Source: Trypanosoma brucei (Eukaryota). From it: DNA of 64,000 bases. The stretch covers positions 992,001-1,056,000 of the forward strand of contig CM000207.1 of the NCBI GenBank assembly GCA_000002445.1. The letters are read 5' to 3'. The notes under the pieces were generated by a model. That model saw nothing but the letters and a program-made list of their open reading frames with translations. It searched no databases and was not told where the DNA came from. The translations under genes were made by a program, and so were the position numbers. Shown one piece after another: positions 52,601 through 62,278 of the stretch (position 1 is the first letter of the stretch; the number at the start of each line of letters is the position of its first letter).

Positions 52601-55600
52601 GTTGTTGCTGTATTCACTCGTATGGGCAAGTCGGCTCCGCTCGAAAGAACTCGTGCGGCACTTTGTTGGAGTGCTGCTACCGCTGCTTCAGCGGCTTTTG
52701 CAGAATGAAGGGAATTGTACTATCATAAGTACTAGTGTTTCCCCAAGCGAAATTAGGTCAGATGGGCTGGCGGCTGCCGTTGTTGCTGTGCAGTGCCTGA
52801 CAAGCGGCGCACACGAAGAGGTGCTACATGACTGGCCCCACGTATATGAGCTGCTTTCAACGCTTCTCCAAGTGCCTGAACTGACTGCAACGGAGAAGGG
52901 AGAAGGGAATGATGTAAGTACCTTAGCAGATGTGTTGGGCGCAGTTCTCGACAAGTTGCGTCGCTCATTTCATTTCCTGATAAGGGGTGTTTCACTCAAT
53001 AAAGGTTACCGCACACACTGTCCGAAAGGTCCTACCACGCCGGCTAGTGACCGTGTAAAGGAACATGGAACCGCGGAAGGAAATAGTTCCGGGGAAGTGG
53101 TAGAAAGGAGTGCGTTTGTTTTTCTGGACATCTGTGAGGAGTTAACAAAGCGCCTCTCAGTTGGAACTAATGGCGAACGGCTTGTGCGAAACGGAATCAC
53201 ATCCTGCTTGGATAAAGTGATGAACTGTATTTGGGATGTCGGCTATGCTTTATTTGTGTGGCGCACACTTTTCAGTGGGTATCCAAATCAAGTAAACGCC
53301 AAGGTGCTGCAGCAGTTGCAAAGTCGGTACCACAGGGCCTTGTACATGCAAATGTTGCACCTTCCTGTACAGCATACAACTCCGTCCATACTGGAACGCT
53401 GGTTGGTTGTGATGAGTGGCTGTGGCCGAAATGGTGGAACGACAAGGACACATGAAGAGTCGCACGAAAATAGGTTGTGTGCTGCAATAATAAATGACAT
53501 TACAACCCTGGACGCATGGGCAAGTTGCCGTTCGTTGCCACACGAACCGGGTGCGCATGGACGCGAGTCTCGGGGAAGGGAACCATTGCTAATTGTTCCG
53601 ATGGTTCTGAGAGTAATAAATTCAATTACGCAAGCTGCGATGAAGCGGTTCTCACAGTGCAAGTTGTCCCACACGAAAACGTGCTCCAAATCATGGAGTG
53701 GTCTTCTGCAACTCGGTGGTGGCCGAGACGTGCATTCTCTTTTTGAAGATCACCTTCTGGTTACCACCATACAGCAACTACAAACCTTGCAGGAGGCGGG
53801 GTCTGCATTGGTATATATGATGCTCTGTGAAGGGAATACAGAAGTGTTGCAAATGGCGCCACAGATTATGTCGTGGTACTTTTGCCCCCGAAACGTTATG
53901 CATGCAGTTGTGCACAGCATGCATTCCGCTTCCCCAGATGTGCTGAAGCCTCTGTGGAAACCAGAGGTTCTCGTGGCTGCTTTTGAAGCACTGGGTGTGC
54001 AGAGTCGAATGCATGCAGCGGAGGGAATCTCTCCACCACGACTTTGCGTGGGGAGTCAGGCATCCCTCCTTTTGTCCTTGTTAACAAGTTCGTCAGTTGT
54101 CCGTGCAGTGGCGCGCATGGATGAAGAGGTCATAATCGCAGCCTTATTGTCACTTGAGGCTGCGGATCTTGAGCGTAGCGATAATGCGCAGCAGACTGCA
54201 CACCAGCTGCTAGTTGCATTTCCAAAGATACTGGAGAGGCAACTGGTACCAATGCTGCTGAGGGGTCATCTTGGGGAGACACAACTGCACGCACTCGATG
54301 TCATCGTGGAACGCACGGCGTCGGAGGTACGTAAGGGATCCGGCACTTGCAGTCCAGCACTCACTCGGGGTGCAGCCATGTGGATGCTGCTGCGCAGACC
54401 TAGCGAAAACCGTGGGGCACGAGCCGACGGATATGACGGTTTGGTGGAGTCCATAACTATGGAGGAAAGAATATTTTGCAATATAATGATTTTTTGTGGA
54501 TCACAGTTTGAGGTTAACAGCTGTCGAGCGGGTGCTGTGCAGACGCAGCAGCGAAAACGAAAGCAACCGGCACCAAGAGAAATGCGTGCTCGTAATCAGT
54601 TTATCCCTTACGCACTTGAGTGGGAGCAAGCGCTCAAGTTACTCACTGATGCCAACAAGGTTGAGCTATCAGATGTTGTGGACGTAAATGGCGCCTTCCT
54701 TGACGTCATAGAAATGTATGGTGCCTGCGTACCGATGGCATGGAAAGTGGGTTTCGCGAAAGAGCTACTGTCACACGAAGCCGGTTGTGACGATCGTCAC
54801 AAAGGCGAAGTCTTACCTAAAGTCCTTGTCCGCGACGTGGCAAGGGAACTCTTACATTGTCGGTCGTTTGCACCGGGTCAACCCGTTGATGACAGGGAGC
54901 TGTATCGAGTTGGTTTGAAGATATGGTCCTCTCTTTCGACGCGGAGAGGGGCTCTTGTACAATCTCCACCAAGTGGTGTATGGAACTTAGTTTGGAGGAT
55001 TCTGAACGAGATGTTGAGAAACCGTTCGCCTGTGCATGGAAGACCTGCCGGACTTGCTGAGGTGAGTGTGCTCCCGTTCAGTCTTTGCGTGGTCGAGCGT
55101 GCGGTTACGCACATATTGCGCTGCGGTGTCCGCTGGTCATTATTGCCGGGAGAGAGGGAAGACATACCGACGGTGGCTGCCTCGCTATTGCTAATGCTGG
55201 AGCTGATAATCCCATGTCGATCCCTCCGTTTGGCGCTATTTGAGTCGGACAACATCACCCATGAAGAGGGCTCTGATGCCCCCGGTTGTGTCGCTGCCAT
55301 CACTTGTGAGGAAAATTCTACAGGGGAACATGCAGTGTGGTCCACCCTTCTCAGTTTTGAAGTGCTACTGTTAACGTTACCTGGGCTCTTAGATGGCAGC
55401 AGCGGAGCTGTCCCGAGCTGCGCCGCCGCCAAGGGCCAAAATGCTCTCGATGTCGTAACAACTCTGCCCAGGATGTTGCTCTACTTCGCGTGCCGCCATG
55501 TTTCGCACTTAACATCCCTCGGAGAGGATTCTGCTCGGGACCGGAGTGGTGCCGCGCAGGAGGAACTTGGCCGTTTGATAGAGCTCTGTGGCTGGCACAT

Positions 55601-57266
55601 CGCTTCTTTTTCCAGTGCTTTGCTAACTGACAGCATTAAAGGGGAGGCCCCATCCACGGGGAAGCGCTTGGTCCTTGAAACCGCCGTCAAGAACTTCGTT
55701 CGCGCGGCGCTACTTATGGGTACATGGCGGGACATCTATTGGTTAGCATTCCGCATACTTGCCTGCGTGAAAACACTATTTGCGCACGGAGGGCGAGCAT
55801 CAAAGCATCCTCAAATGTGGGGCTGGGTTGTTGGGCTGCTGCCGGCGATGGTCGTTGCCTCTGCGCGAACGAGCAGCAGCATTCAAGTCCAGGTTTCCAC
55901 TCTCATAAAGGAAGTCCCATTGGACCTTTTACGTTTGGTTCCCTACGGCGAGGTCCCTACGGTAAATGGGTTGGATAATGAAGAGGAGGTACGAATACGA
56001 CAGGGTGTTCTTTCTGTCCTCCTTAGGCAGGTGGAACAAAGCATTTGGTTGAAAACGGAGGAAGTGCTGCGGGAGCGCGGACGGTCCCTCGCCTTCGCGG
56101 ACCGCCTCTCAGCCGTCAAACCATTGGTTCAACTGGGTATGCATCTCGAGGTGTGGAAGGGCAATGGCGCACGAGCCAGTAGCTTCCTGGAGACGTTGCT
56201 GTTTTTCCTTTCGGAACGCCAATTTAAACTTTTGTGCGAAGCGTCGCGTGTGGAGAACAGAAGCAAAGCCTTGTCGGTGAGGGCGGTTTCTCCGTCTGAG
56301 CGGTTGCCGCAGAAACCAGAGATGACGTGGGAGGAAGCCCTCACACTCTTACTTCGGTCAAACAGAGCAGAATTCTGCAGTTTCTTGCAGAAATCTTCAT
56401 CTAGCAGTAAATCCACAACACCGAAGCTTCACGACGCGCTGTCTATTTTCAAATCTTCTCATATTTCGTGCTGCACACCATGGTGGGCGGCCATCACATT
56501 GTTTTGCAGGTCCGATGGACCACCCCATGTGATTCATGTGTTTCCTGCATTTTTTTCTGAACGAGTGATCGAGCGGTGTCCGTCTTGGAAGACGGCACTA
56601 CGAGCACTGCAGCATTCGTCATCAACAGTACCACACACCACGCGAGTGCAACAATACCTTGTGTACTTGATACTGCGACGATTGCGCACAGATCCCACAT
56701 GGGCGATAGAGGAAAGTTACACATCCGCTCCAACTAAACTATTGGGTGAGCACCTCTCCTGGCAAACCGCCTGCTGGTGCTACGATCAACTGGCACGGAA
56801 GGGTAAAGGAGCTCCGCCAATACAACAGCGGACGATGACTGAGTTGCTTCGCCACTGCGTGCTAAACCCAGAAGCGACACTGTCCATGTACGAGGTGTAC
56901 TGGGCCCAAGGGTACAATCGAGCAGAAGGTGTGAATTCTTTCCTCTCGCTTCTGCGAGCAGGACGCCGCGGCAACAGCGAAAAGTTGGTGCTACGCGCAA
57001 TGCGAGACTACATCAAACAGTGTGACGAGTGGAACGGCGCACAGTGCAACACACAGCGTCGCAAAATAAAGAGCCCTCCATTTACTGCCGAGGGAAACGC
57101 AACGCTGTGCCGTGCCTTCCTTAGTGTATGCTCTGGTGGAATTGTTTCACAGCAAGCCAGGACAGAGGTGGCGGCAGCATTGAAACAGCGAGGATGTATT
57201 GGCGAAGTGGAGGAGCTTCTCATCGTGTCCGGGTGCAGTGAAGGCGCGCGTCCGAGGGACACGTAA
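49614..57266 (+). CDS. Giant hypothetical protein, 2550 aa, leucine/alanine-rich and largely alpha-helical (possibly HEAT/ARM/TPR-like solenoid).
   Basis: Single uninterrupted 7.65-kb ATG-initiated frame on the + strand. All overlapping ORFs are short antisense artefacts. No catalytic motif recognised. Confidence 0.75.
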   Translation: MKRCRAYFVGEVALTGVGAFQGRWCQPACKSQLQSTQKQGRPDGLTVSLMRLSASQRRTASVAYAHGNEERQLLPTSYKNVAAPRLLHVLLLKCRQKTAKPSILDVEAVPEVSMLAGAQRDADESGGKWHAAFRLFSEAIQRRGVLPNIAHINVLLGITVRERRWPQKAEVEKFVERFLEAAECMGDERKEYLAEQLQTGAKGNECTVDDVSIQQLITAMRPTAETYEWLMEAAVRQRDWEAALTYFGDARAACLPISDLSLRLSLRAYRIAGVHSIFKTTKRDRRAVQMMSLRTDQRGPALRSSAAPASLRGVANAVRVESEDVRYVWQAALSLFESYKHRVHEGQTIGLFMTMMTEAGQYQQVIRTHSECHRTLIVDEDVLLTVSRAARELGDWVLSLRLLEESSAKASGLPQSILENTVHTLRRTGHYREILLLHAQLPPIFWSAGAYVVLAQAAVVQRELPLLLSLLTDEEDRYEDAQMPHDVDTAAHTSLQRNLSFNVTTAASMCTGRQKQTPLEMFDVALRAIQVELIHRRCKRAGDSSTSTGSGSIGTGSGNCQAGSVTPRYDSVASLASLSVAIYEKFLHVSTRQLKKWERDNWPSGSTLTIYAPLLKLLAVPLCENHTVVSTNKNVRGSPCAPWEVALAHVALIRRPDAPLICLAAHLLQRYQQWEAAFKLLSHVEHNDELAQSAAFKLRCALQLGPSRASASVEPSSYRCTIISATSVRYAVLSAAAHRPAAALHLVQYALAHSWIDSGMALQLLQHIQRNMKEPVQRRTGGRQATASNSHIGMIGGETDSYTLSCDAIVFFKEFVSLWSQQSCVVAPLAPLFNEILIFLQRGPHTDPSISSFTALCGSIANVLRRLSTEWKVEQHADVELALVAAVHATVHHVGASTLSRRALWSECLCLVQLFHSPLIRRTYTVGVLEVNEATFRVLRTFISNCNRSEEAFVEGIAFQWLLPGKVLELPQLEEIFRAPGGLTSAANASVWWSLGLLLYSLVWASRLRSKELVRHFVGVLLPLLQRLLQNEGNCTIISTSVSPSEIRSDGLAAAVVAVQCLTSGAHEEVLHDWPHVYELLSTLLQVPELTATEKGEGNDVSTLADVLGAVLDKLRRSFHFLIRGVSLNKGYRTHCPKGPTTPASDRVKEHGTAEGNSSGEVVERSAFVFLDICEELTKRLSVGTNGERLVRNGITSCLDKVMNCIWDVGYALFVWRTLFSGYPNQVNAKVLQQLQSRYHRALYMQMLHLPVQHTTPSILERWLVVMSGCGRNGGTTRTHEESHENRLCAAIINDITTLDAWASCRSLPHEPGAHGRESRGREPLLIVPMVLRVINSITQAAMKRFSQCKLSHTKTCSKSWSGLLQLGGGRDVHSLFEDHLLVTTIQQLQTLQEAGSALVYMMLCEGNTEVLQMAPQIMSWYFCPRNVMHAVVHSMHSASPDVLKPLWKPEVLVAAFEALGVQSRMHAAEGISPPRLCVGSQASLLLSLLTSSSVVRAVARMDEEVIIAALLSLEAADLERSDNAQQTAHQLLVAFPKILERQLVPMLLRGHLGETQLHALDVIVERTASEVRKGSGTCSPALTRGAAMWMLLRRPSENRGARADGYDGLVESITMEERIFCNIMIFCGSQFEVNSCRAGAVQTQQRKRKQPAPREMRARNQFIPYALEWEQALKLLTDANKVELSDVVDVNGAFLDVIEMYGACVPMAWKVGFAKELLSHEAGCDDRHKGEVLPKVLVRDVARELLHCRSFAPGQPVDDRELYRVGLKIWSSLSTRRGALVQSPPSGVWNLVWRILNEMLRNRSPVHGRPAGLAEVSVLPFSLCVVERAVTHILRCGVRWSLLPGEREDIPTVAASLLLMLELIIPCRSLRLALFESDNITHEEGSDAPGCVAAITCEENSTGEHAVWSTLLSFEVLLLTLPGLLDGSSGAVPSCAAAKGQNALDVVTTLPRMLLYFACRHVSHLTSLGEDSARDRSGAAQEELGRLIELCGWHIASFSSALLTDSIKGEAPSTGKRLVLETAVKNFVRAALLMGTWRDIYWLAFRILACVKTLFAHGGRASKHPQMWGWVVGLLPAMVVASARTSSSIQVQVSTLIKEVPLDLLRLVPYGEVPTVNGLDNEEEVRIRQGVLSVLLRQVEQSIWLKTEEVLRERGRSLAFADRLSAVKPLVQLGMHLEVWKGNGARASSFLETLLFFLSERQFKLLCEASRVENRSKALSVRAVSPSERLPQKPEMTWEEALTLLLRSNRAEFCSFLQKSSSSSKSTTPKLHDALSIFKSSHISCCTPWWAAITLFCRSDGPPHVIHVFPAFFSERVIERCPSWKTALRALQHSSSTVPHTTRVQQYLVYLILRRLRTDPTWAIEESYTSAPTKLLGEHLSWQTACWCYDQLARKGKGAPPIQQRTMTELLRHCVLNPEATLSMYEVYWAQGYNRAEGVNSFLSLLRAGRRGNSEKLVLRAMRDYIKQCDEWNGAQCNTQRRKIKSPPFTAEGNATLCRAFLSVCSGGIVSQQARTEVAAALKQRGCIGEVEELLIVSGCSEGARPRDT

Positions 57267-60254
57267 GGAGGGAAGTCAGCCTTTCCCCCTTCAGTGGGCG
57301 ATTTGTTCATTACTCGAATGGCATGAAGGTGTTGTCGCTCAAGGAAGGTGTGGGGAAGCAGGCATTATGCCCCACTCCTTGCATGTGCCCTATTTTTTTT
57401 TGTGTGTGTGTTTACACTCTCTTGATACCCATTATGTTTTATCCTCTGTTGTTTCGTCATTGTGTCGAAACCTTGCCGCTTCATCACATTCGTCTCTTGT
57501 ACCCAAATATCCGATTTCCCCTTTTCTTTGCACCCCTTTCGCCCGTAGTTTATCGGTGTTCACTTTCTGCCGTGTCGTCAATTCTCTACTTCTCATCATC
57601 GGTCCCTTTACGCGGCCGGAGTTTGTTTGCATGGCAGACAGTTCCGACACCCGATTGTCACTAGCGAGGACTACGGAGTACCTCATTTTTAGCCACCAAA
57701 GAAAATCTTGCGGAAAACAGTCGCAGGGTTCCGTCTTTCCCTAGTAGAATCTTAGGAACACCGGAGGTCATCCACCATCATAACTAGTGCCATCGCCGAC
57801 AACGCACTGAAAGAAAAATGAAAGAAGTGCGCATTAACGGTAAGTGGTTACATGGTGGAAGGTCCCTCCTCGTCGATATAAACTCATAAATACACCCCTT
57901 TTCCCGTTTACGCCTCAGCGATCGAGCACATAAGCCTGTGTTTCCTGCTGTTTGCGCGAAGAACATATGTGATAGTGCTGTTATGTTTTGCTAGTCCCTC
58001 TCCTTCCTTCAACACTCAAAAAAGAAAAAAAAAACTTCACCGATGTGGCATACGTAACGGTAGGGGGTGACCAATCCTGTTGGTTTTGCAGGCCGTGTGA
58101 GTCATATCACTATGCACTGTCGAGAAGCATGTGCACGACAAGTTGGGGCATTGCATCCATGAAGTATGCATCACCCTCAACTTGCTGCAACTGGAAGGGA
58201 AAATCATGGTGTCCCCGTTTTTCCGTCGTCTCACATGCTTACATCCCTTCAGCAGGAACTCAAGGAGGGGAAAACGGCAATCAGCCACTGGAAGCGTGTA
58301 CGTCAGGGGCCCCTGTTTCTTCCGGGTACCACATCTGTACGTGTTGTGCCACTAATTAAGCGTCACTTAGCAATGAGGGGGAGGGGAAAGCCATCATCTG
58401 TAGTTGTTCCTTTTGGTTTCTGGTTTTATTGCTGGGGGAGGGAATATAAGGCAATGGGTAAGAAGCTATGTGCGTTCACCTTGTTTTTTTTCTTGGGTGT
58501 GTGTGGGGGAGGGAGGGAGTTTATCGCCGCACCGTGGGCGACGCACAGGATAGGTGAGGGAGCACACGCTTTTCCTACTGAATCGCATGTATTGTATTGG
58601 CTGCATGGTATACAAGAACGCATTAAGGGATTCTCGCAACTCGTTGTGACGAAGGTAAGAAATACCGTAAGGATTGTTTCCTAATGCTTTGATAGCTGGG
58701 TCAGCGGGGTCCTCTGGCTTAGCTTCAGCTAAGGGTTGTTTGTTGTTTACTGCTTGGTGGAATTGGGAGTGCCCCGCGCTCGGAATTGTGCCCAGAGTGG
58801 GATGAGCGTGCGCGAAGCAGAAATGGGGTTTGTGATTTAATCTCAGCTGATTATAATGTGCTGAACCATCCGACGAGTTGGGTGGGAAGGTGAGTAGAAG
58901 CACATTCCCGTCTGAATGATTCTTACCGTGTTGGGGGTTTTGTGTGGCTTAAATTGCTGCTTGAGAGGTGGCAAGAAAAGAACTCTCTGACAGGTGCCAC
59001 CCTCATCTCACACTTCTTCCGTATGGGGAAGGAAGTGGGTTGGAGGTGTATGCCTTTCAATCGCACCACAGGTGGGAAATTTGTAATCCGAGACGGGTTC
59101 CTTCCCCCATGTCGCTGAGGTGACACATGACGTGGTGTAGACATAGACACTTCTCTGAGTGTTCCCCCTCCCCCTTGGAACTAAAAGATGGAGATGGGAG
59201 GGTTAGGTCGACGTAAGCATCCAGTGATCAAACACCCGCCATTCGTGGTCTTAAGCGCTTTCCAGAGCGGCCCAAACTGGTGGGAAGTAAAAAGTTTCGT
59301 GAAATGCGCAGTTGCGACTAATCAACACATTGAATGAGGGGGAATGGTGGGCGCACTGGTTTGCATGCCTTCACCCCGTTGTGTGTGTGGGTTTGTGGGT
59401 TACAGTTGCCGTTGGGTGTTTTTCCTGACTGCGGGGGGTAACCGTATGTGTCTGGAGTTTGAAACTGACTCGTTCCGTGGCGATTATCACTGCCCTGCAT
59501 TCCGTGGATCATCCGATTCGACGGTGCCAAAAAATCCAATGCGGTGGGGTTTGTTGCGCTGCGAACGATGTCGAACGGGGGAAGATGGAGCGCGGGGAAG
59601 GCTAGAAGGCCAGCAATTGGTTTTCCCTACTATGATGCGAGCGGTCGCTATTAGTTCCTATTTTTCGCCATGGTGGTAGCGTGGCCTGCTGTGATGAAGT
59701 GTGAATGCGGCGGTATGCTGGGTTAGGGGGAGAGTTACTGCCTGAAACAGGTCCTTGTCCGATAGTGGTTACGGCAGTCGCATGGGGATCGACTGTACAG
59801 TAGCCGGATCAGTGACGGAATTTCAACTGCAATGTGAAATCTCCAATTAATCTTAATTCGGTTTAAAGCCCCCATTTTCCACCGCCTATGTCGTTGGAAG
59901 GATTCTTCTAACACTGGACAGGGCCGATAGCTGGGTTTGGCCATGTTGCCTGTAGAAATCAGTAGGAAGTTTTCCTTAAGAATGATGGGCGCTCACCGTT
60001 ACAACTTTCTGGCACCGTATCATTTCACTCTACCGCACAGTATGCAGATAAAATTCGTGTTGTAGTGTCTCGAAAGACACTCTTTGTTTGCGCCGAGCAC
60101 TCCCCACATCCGGGAACGCGATTTTACTTTTTCATCTTCGCTTGTCTTTTGTTGTCTTCTTATAAAATGAACTCTTGAACGCTGTGGGTGCAGCATGTTT
60201 GTCCGTACCGCCGTTCACGACGAGCATTAGCCTAATTACAGTTACCCCTATCCC

Positions 60255-62042
60255 ATGTGGCGGCGCTCTCGGTTTCTCCGTGGTTCTACAAACCGTTACA
60301 CCGATGGGTCGGGGCGGCGTCTCGACTCGTCCAACATTCCCAGTGATTTGGACCTACAACCGATAAGCAACCGCGCGTATCCCGTACGAGGGGAACACTG
60401 GCAGCCCGTGTTGGTAGGAGAGCCGTCTCCCCACAAGGGGAACGTCATTGTGTCCGGTGCTGGTACCGTTGGCATGGCAACTGCGGCTATTTTCGCACTG
60501 CGTGGATGGCACGCTACAGTTGTGGAACGGCAACCTTCCGTCTTACGGATGCAAAGTGCTACAAGCGAGGGGGGTGAGATCCTTTCATCATACTATGGCA
60601 GCCTATCGGCTGGGCTGCAGCACGCACTCATTACACGACGTGCAGCCGATGCGCTGCAGGCTGCCGGATTACGGGTTAGCGCCTTCAGACACTGTGGTGT
60701 GCCTGTTACGGGCGTGCTAGATCACCCTGGGGCATACAACAGCTGGTTCACCAGGGGCCTTGTTGAGCATCACCCGTTCGCGGTTAAGATGCTTTCTGTA
60801 AACTTACTAGCGCTACGGCAGGTACTGGAGAAGCACTTGCACAACCTTCCTACTGGAAATTGCCGTGTGTTTCACCAACACGTGGTGGAGGCGGTGAACC
60901 CACTGAAACAGCAGCTTGTTGTGAAACCTATAAGTGATAGCAACAAGCCCCTAGAGGGAGCGCGGAGCGCGGTCCACAACGGAGACGACAACCCTTTTAG
61001 CAGTAATGAAGTCGATAAGCATGGCATGCAACAAGGCACCCACATGGAAACCAGTCTTACACTTCATCGTGTAAAGTGGGAGAAGAAATATGCAAACGAT
61101 GCTGTGGATTACGATCTACTTGTGTGTGCTGAGGGTGTCAATTCCCGTCTGCGAGATCTTGTTGACGTGGAGGGGTTCGCAGCCGACGTGGACTTCGGCG
61201 TACGATGGTTGGTTCTCAGAAGCAGGCACCTGAGTTCTGAGCATATTCACCGTTGGTTACACCGGCGGAAAGGCCCAGCACCGCTGCACGAAGTTTGCTC
61301 GCCCCATCAAGTACCTCTTGCCATAGCTTTCCCACGGATTCCACAGAACAAAGAGGCACCACCGACTGCCCGTGCTGGTGATTCAGAAGCTGATGTTGAG
61401 GCAACAAAAAGTTTTGCGCTCATGTTGTACGCCCCCATGGATGACCTGCAGCGGCTTTCGGACCATGAGGCTCTACGAACGTTCTGCCCTGATATTGTGC
61501 AGGCAGACGGGTCTTGTAACGCTACTTCTTATGCCAAGAACGTGGTGCCATTTCCCACCATACATTGTGAAAACTTGTATAATGCTGTTGGGCTCCCCTC
61601 CGCAGTGGTGGTCGGGGACGCAGCACATACATGCAACCCGTTCTGGCTTCAGGGTCTCGCAATGGGCCTCGAGGACGGTGTAAATTTGCTTAACCAAGTG
61701 GACGCCTATTCCAAACACTTTTACGATGCCATCAAGCAGTACAGCCAAGAGCGCGGTTGCAGCGGCGATGCTCTACGGTTGATTACAGACCGTTGCTTGT
61801 ACTACGAACGCACAAAGCATATCAATCCGTTGGTGCGTTTCCAGGACAGCTACAGGCGCGCCATGAATATAATACTTCCAAAAATAATGAATGAGTATTA
61901 CACCGGCGCCTCTGTCAATCAACTTTACTCCAAGAGCCTGGAATCAATGCTAAACGGCAGGGGCTATGCTTCGTACGAGTTTGCTGAGAAGCAACAATCC
62001 AAACACAGCGCGTTCCATCACATTGGCAGGGTATATACGTAG
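60255..62042 (+). CDS. FAD-dependent aromatic-ring monooxygenase (kynurenine 3-monooxygenase / UbiH-COQ6 family), 595 aa, with an Arg-rich N-terminal extension.
   Basis: FAD GxGxxG fold: VIVSGAGTVGMATAAIFALRGWHATVVER. DG motif: LLVCAEGVNSRLRDL. GD fingerprint: VVVGDAAHTCNPFWLQGLAMGLEDG, which aligns to KMO [25 protein letters not shown]. Confidence 0.8.
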   Translation: MWRRSRFLRGSTNRYTDGSGRRLDSSNIPSDLDLQPISNRAYPVRGEHWQPVLVGEPSPHKGNVIVSGAGTVGMATAAIFALRGWHATVVERQPSVLRMQSATSEGGEILSSYYGSLSAGLQHALITRRAADALQAAGLRVSAFRHCGVPVTGVLDHPGAYNSWFTRGLVEHHPFAVKMLSVNLLALRQVLEKHLHNLPTGNCRVFHQHVVEAVNPLKQQLVVKPISDSNKPLEGARSAVHNGDDNPFSSNEVDKHGMQQGTHMETSLTLHRVKWEKKYANDAVDYDLLVCAEGVNSRLRDLVDVEGFAADVDFGVRWLVLRSRHLSSEHIHRWLHRRKGPAPLHEVCSPHQVPLAIAFPRIPQNKEAPPTARAGDSEADVEATKSFALMLYAPMDDLQRLSDHEALRTFCPDIVQADGSCNATSYAKNVVPFPTIHCENLYNAVGLPSAVVVGDAAHTCNPFWLQGLAMGLEDGVNLLNQVDAYSKHFYDAIKQYSQERGCSGDALRLITDRCLYYERTKHINPLVRFQDSYRRAMNIILPKIMNEYYTGASVNQLYSKSLESMLNGRGYASYEFAEKQQSKHSAFHHIGRVYT

Positions 62043-62278
62043 GTTCAATAGGCAAACACGCAAGTGCACCCGCAGCAATCGATAAAAGAGTTTTCGGTTC
62101 CCCACCGAAACAGCGGTGTTTTGCACCGTGGTTTCAGAGGCAAAGAATATTTGTGATCTCGCAACCGATTCTCCCTTTTTTTATTAATTCCGTTAGTCCC
62201 TACGCGTGCATTCATTCAGACCTAAAGGCACAAGTCTACAACAGTCGGCAAAAAGGAAGAATCGGCGACGGCAGCATT

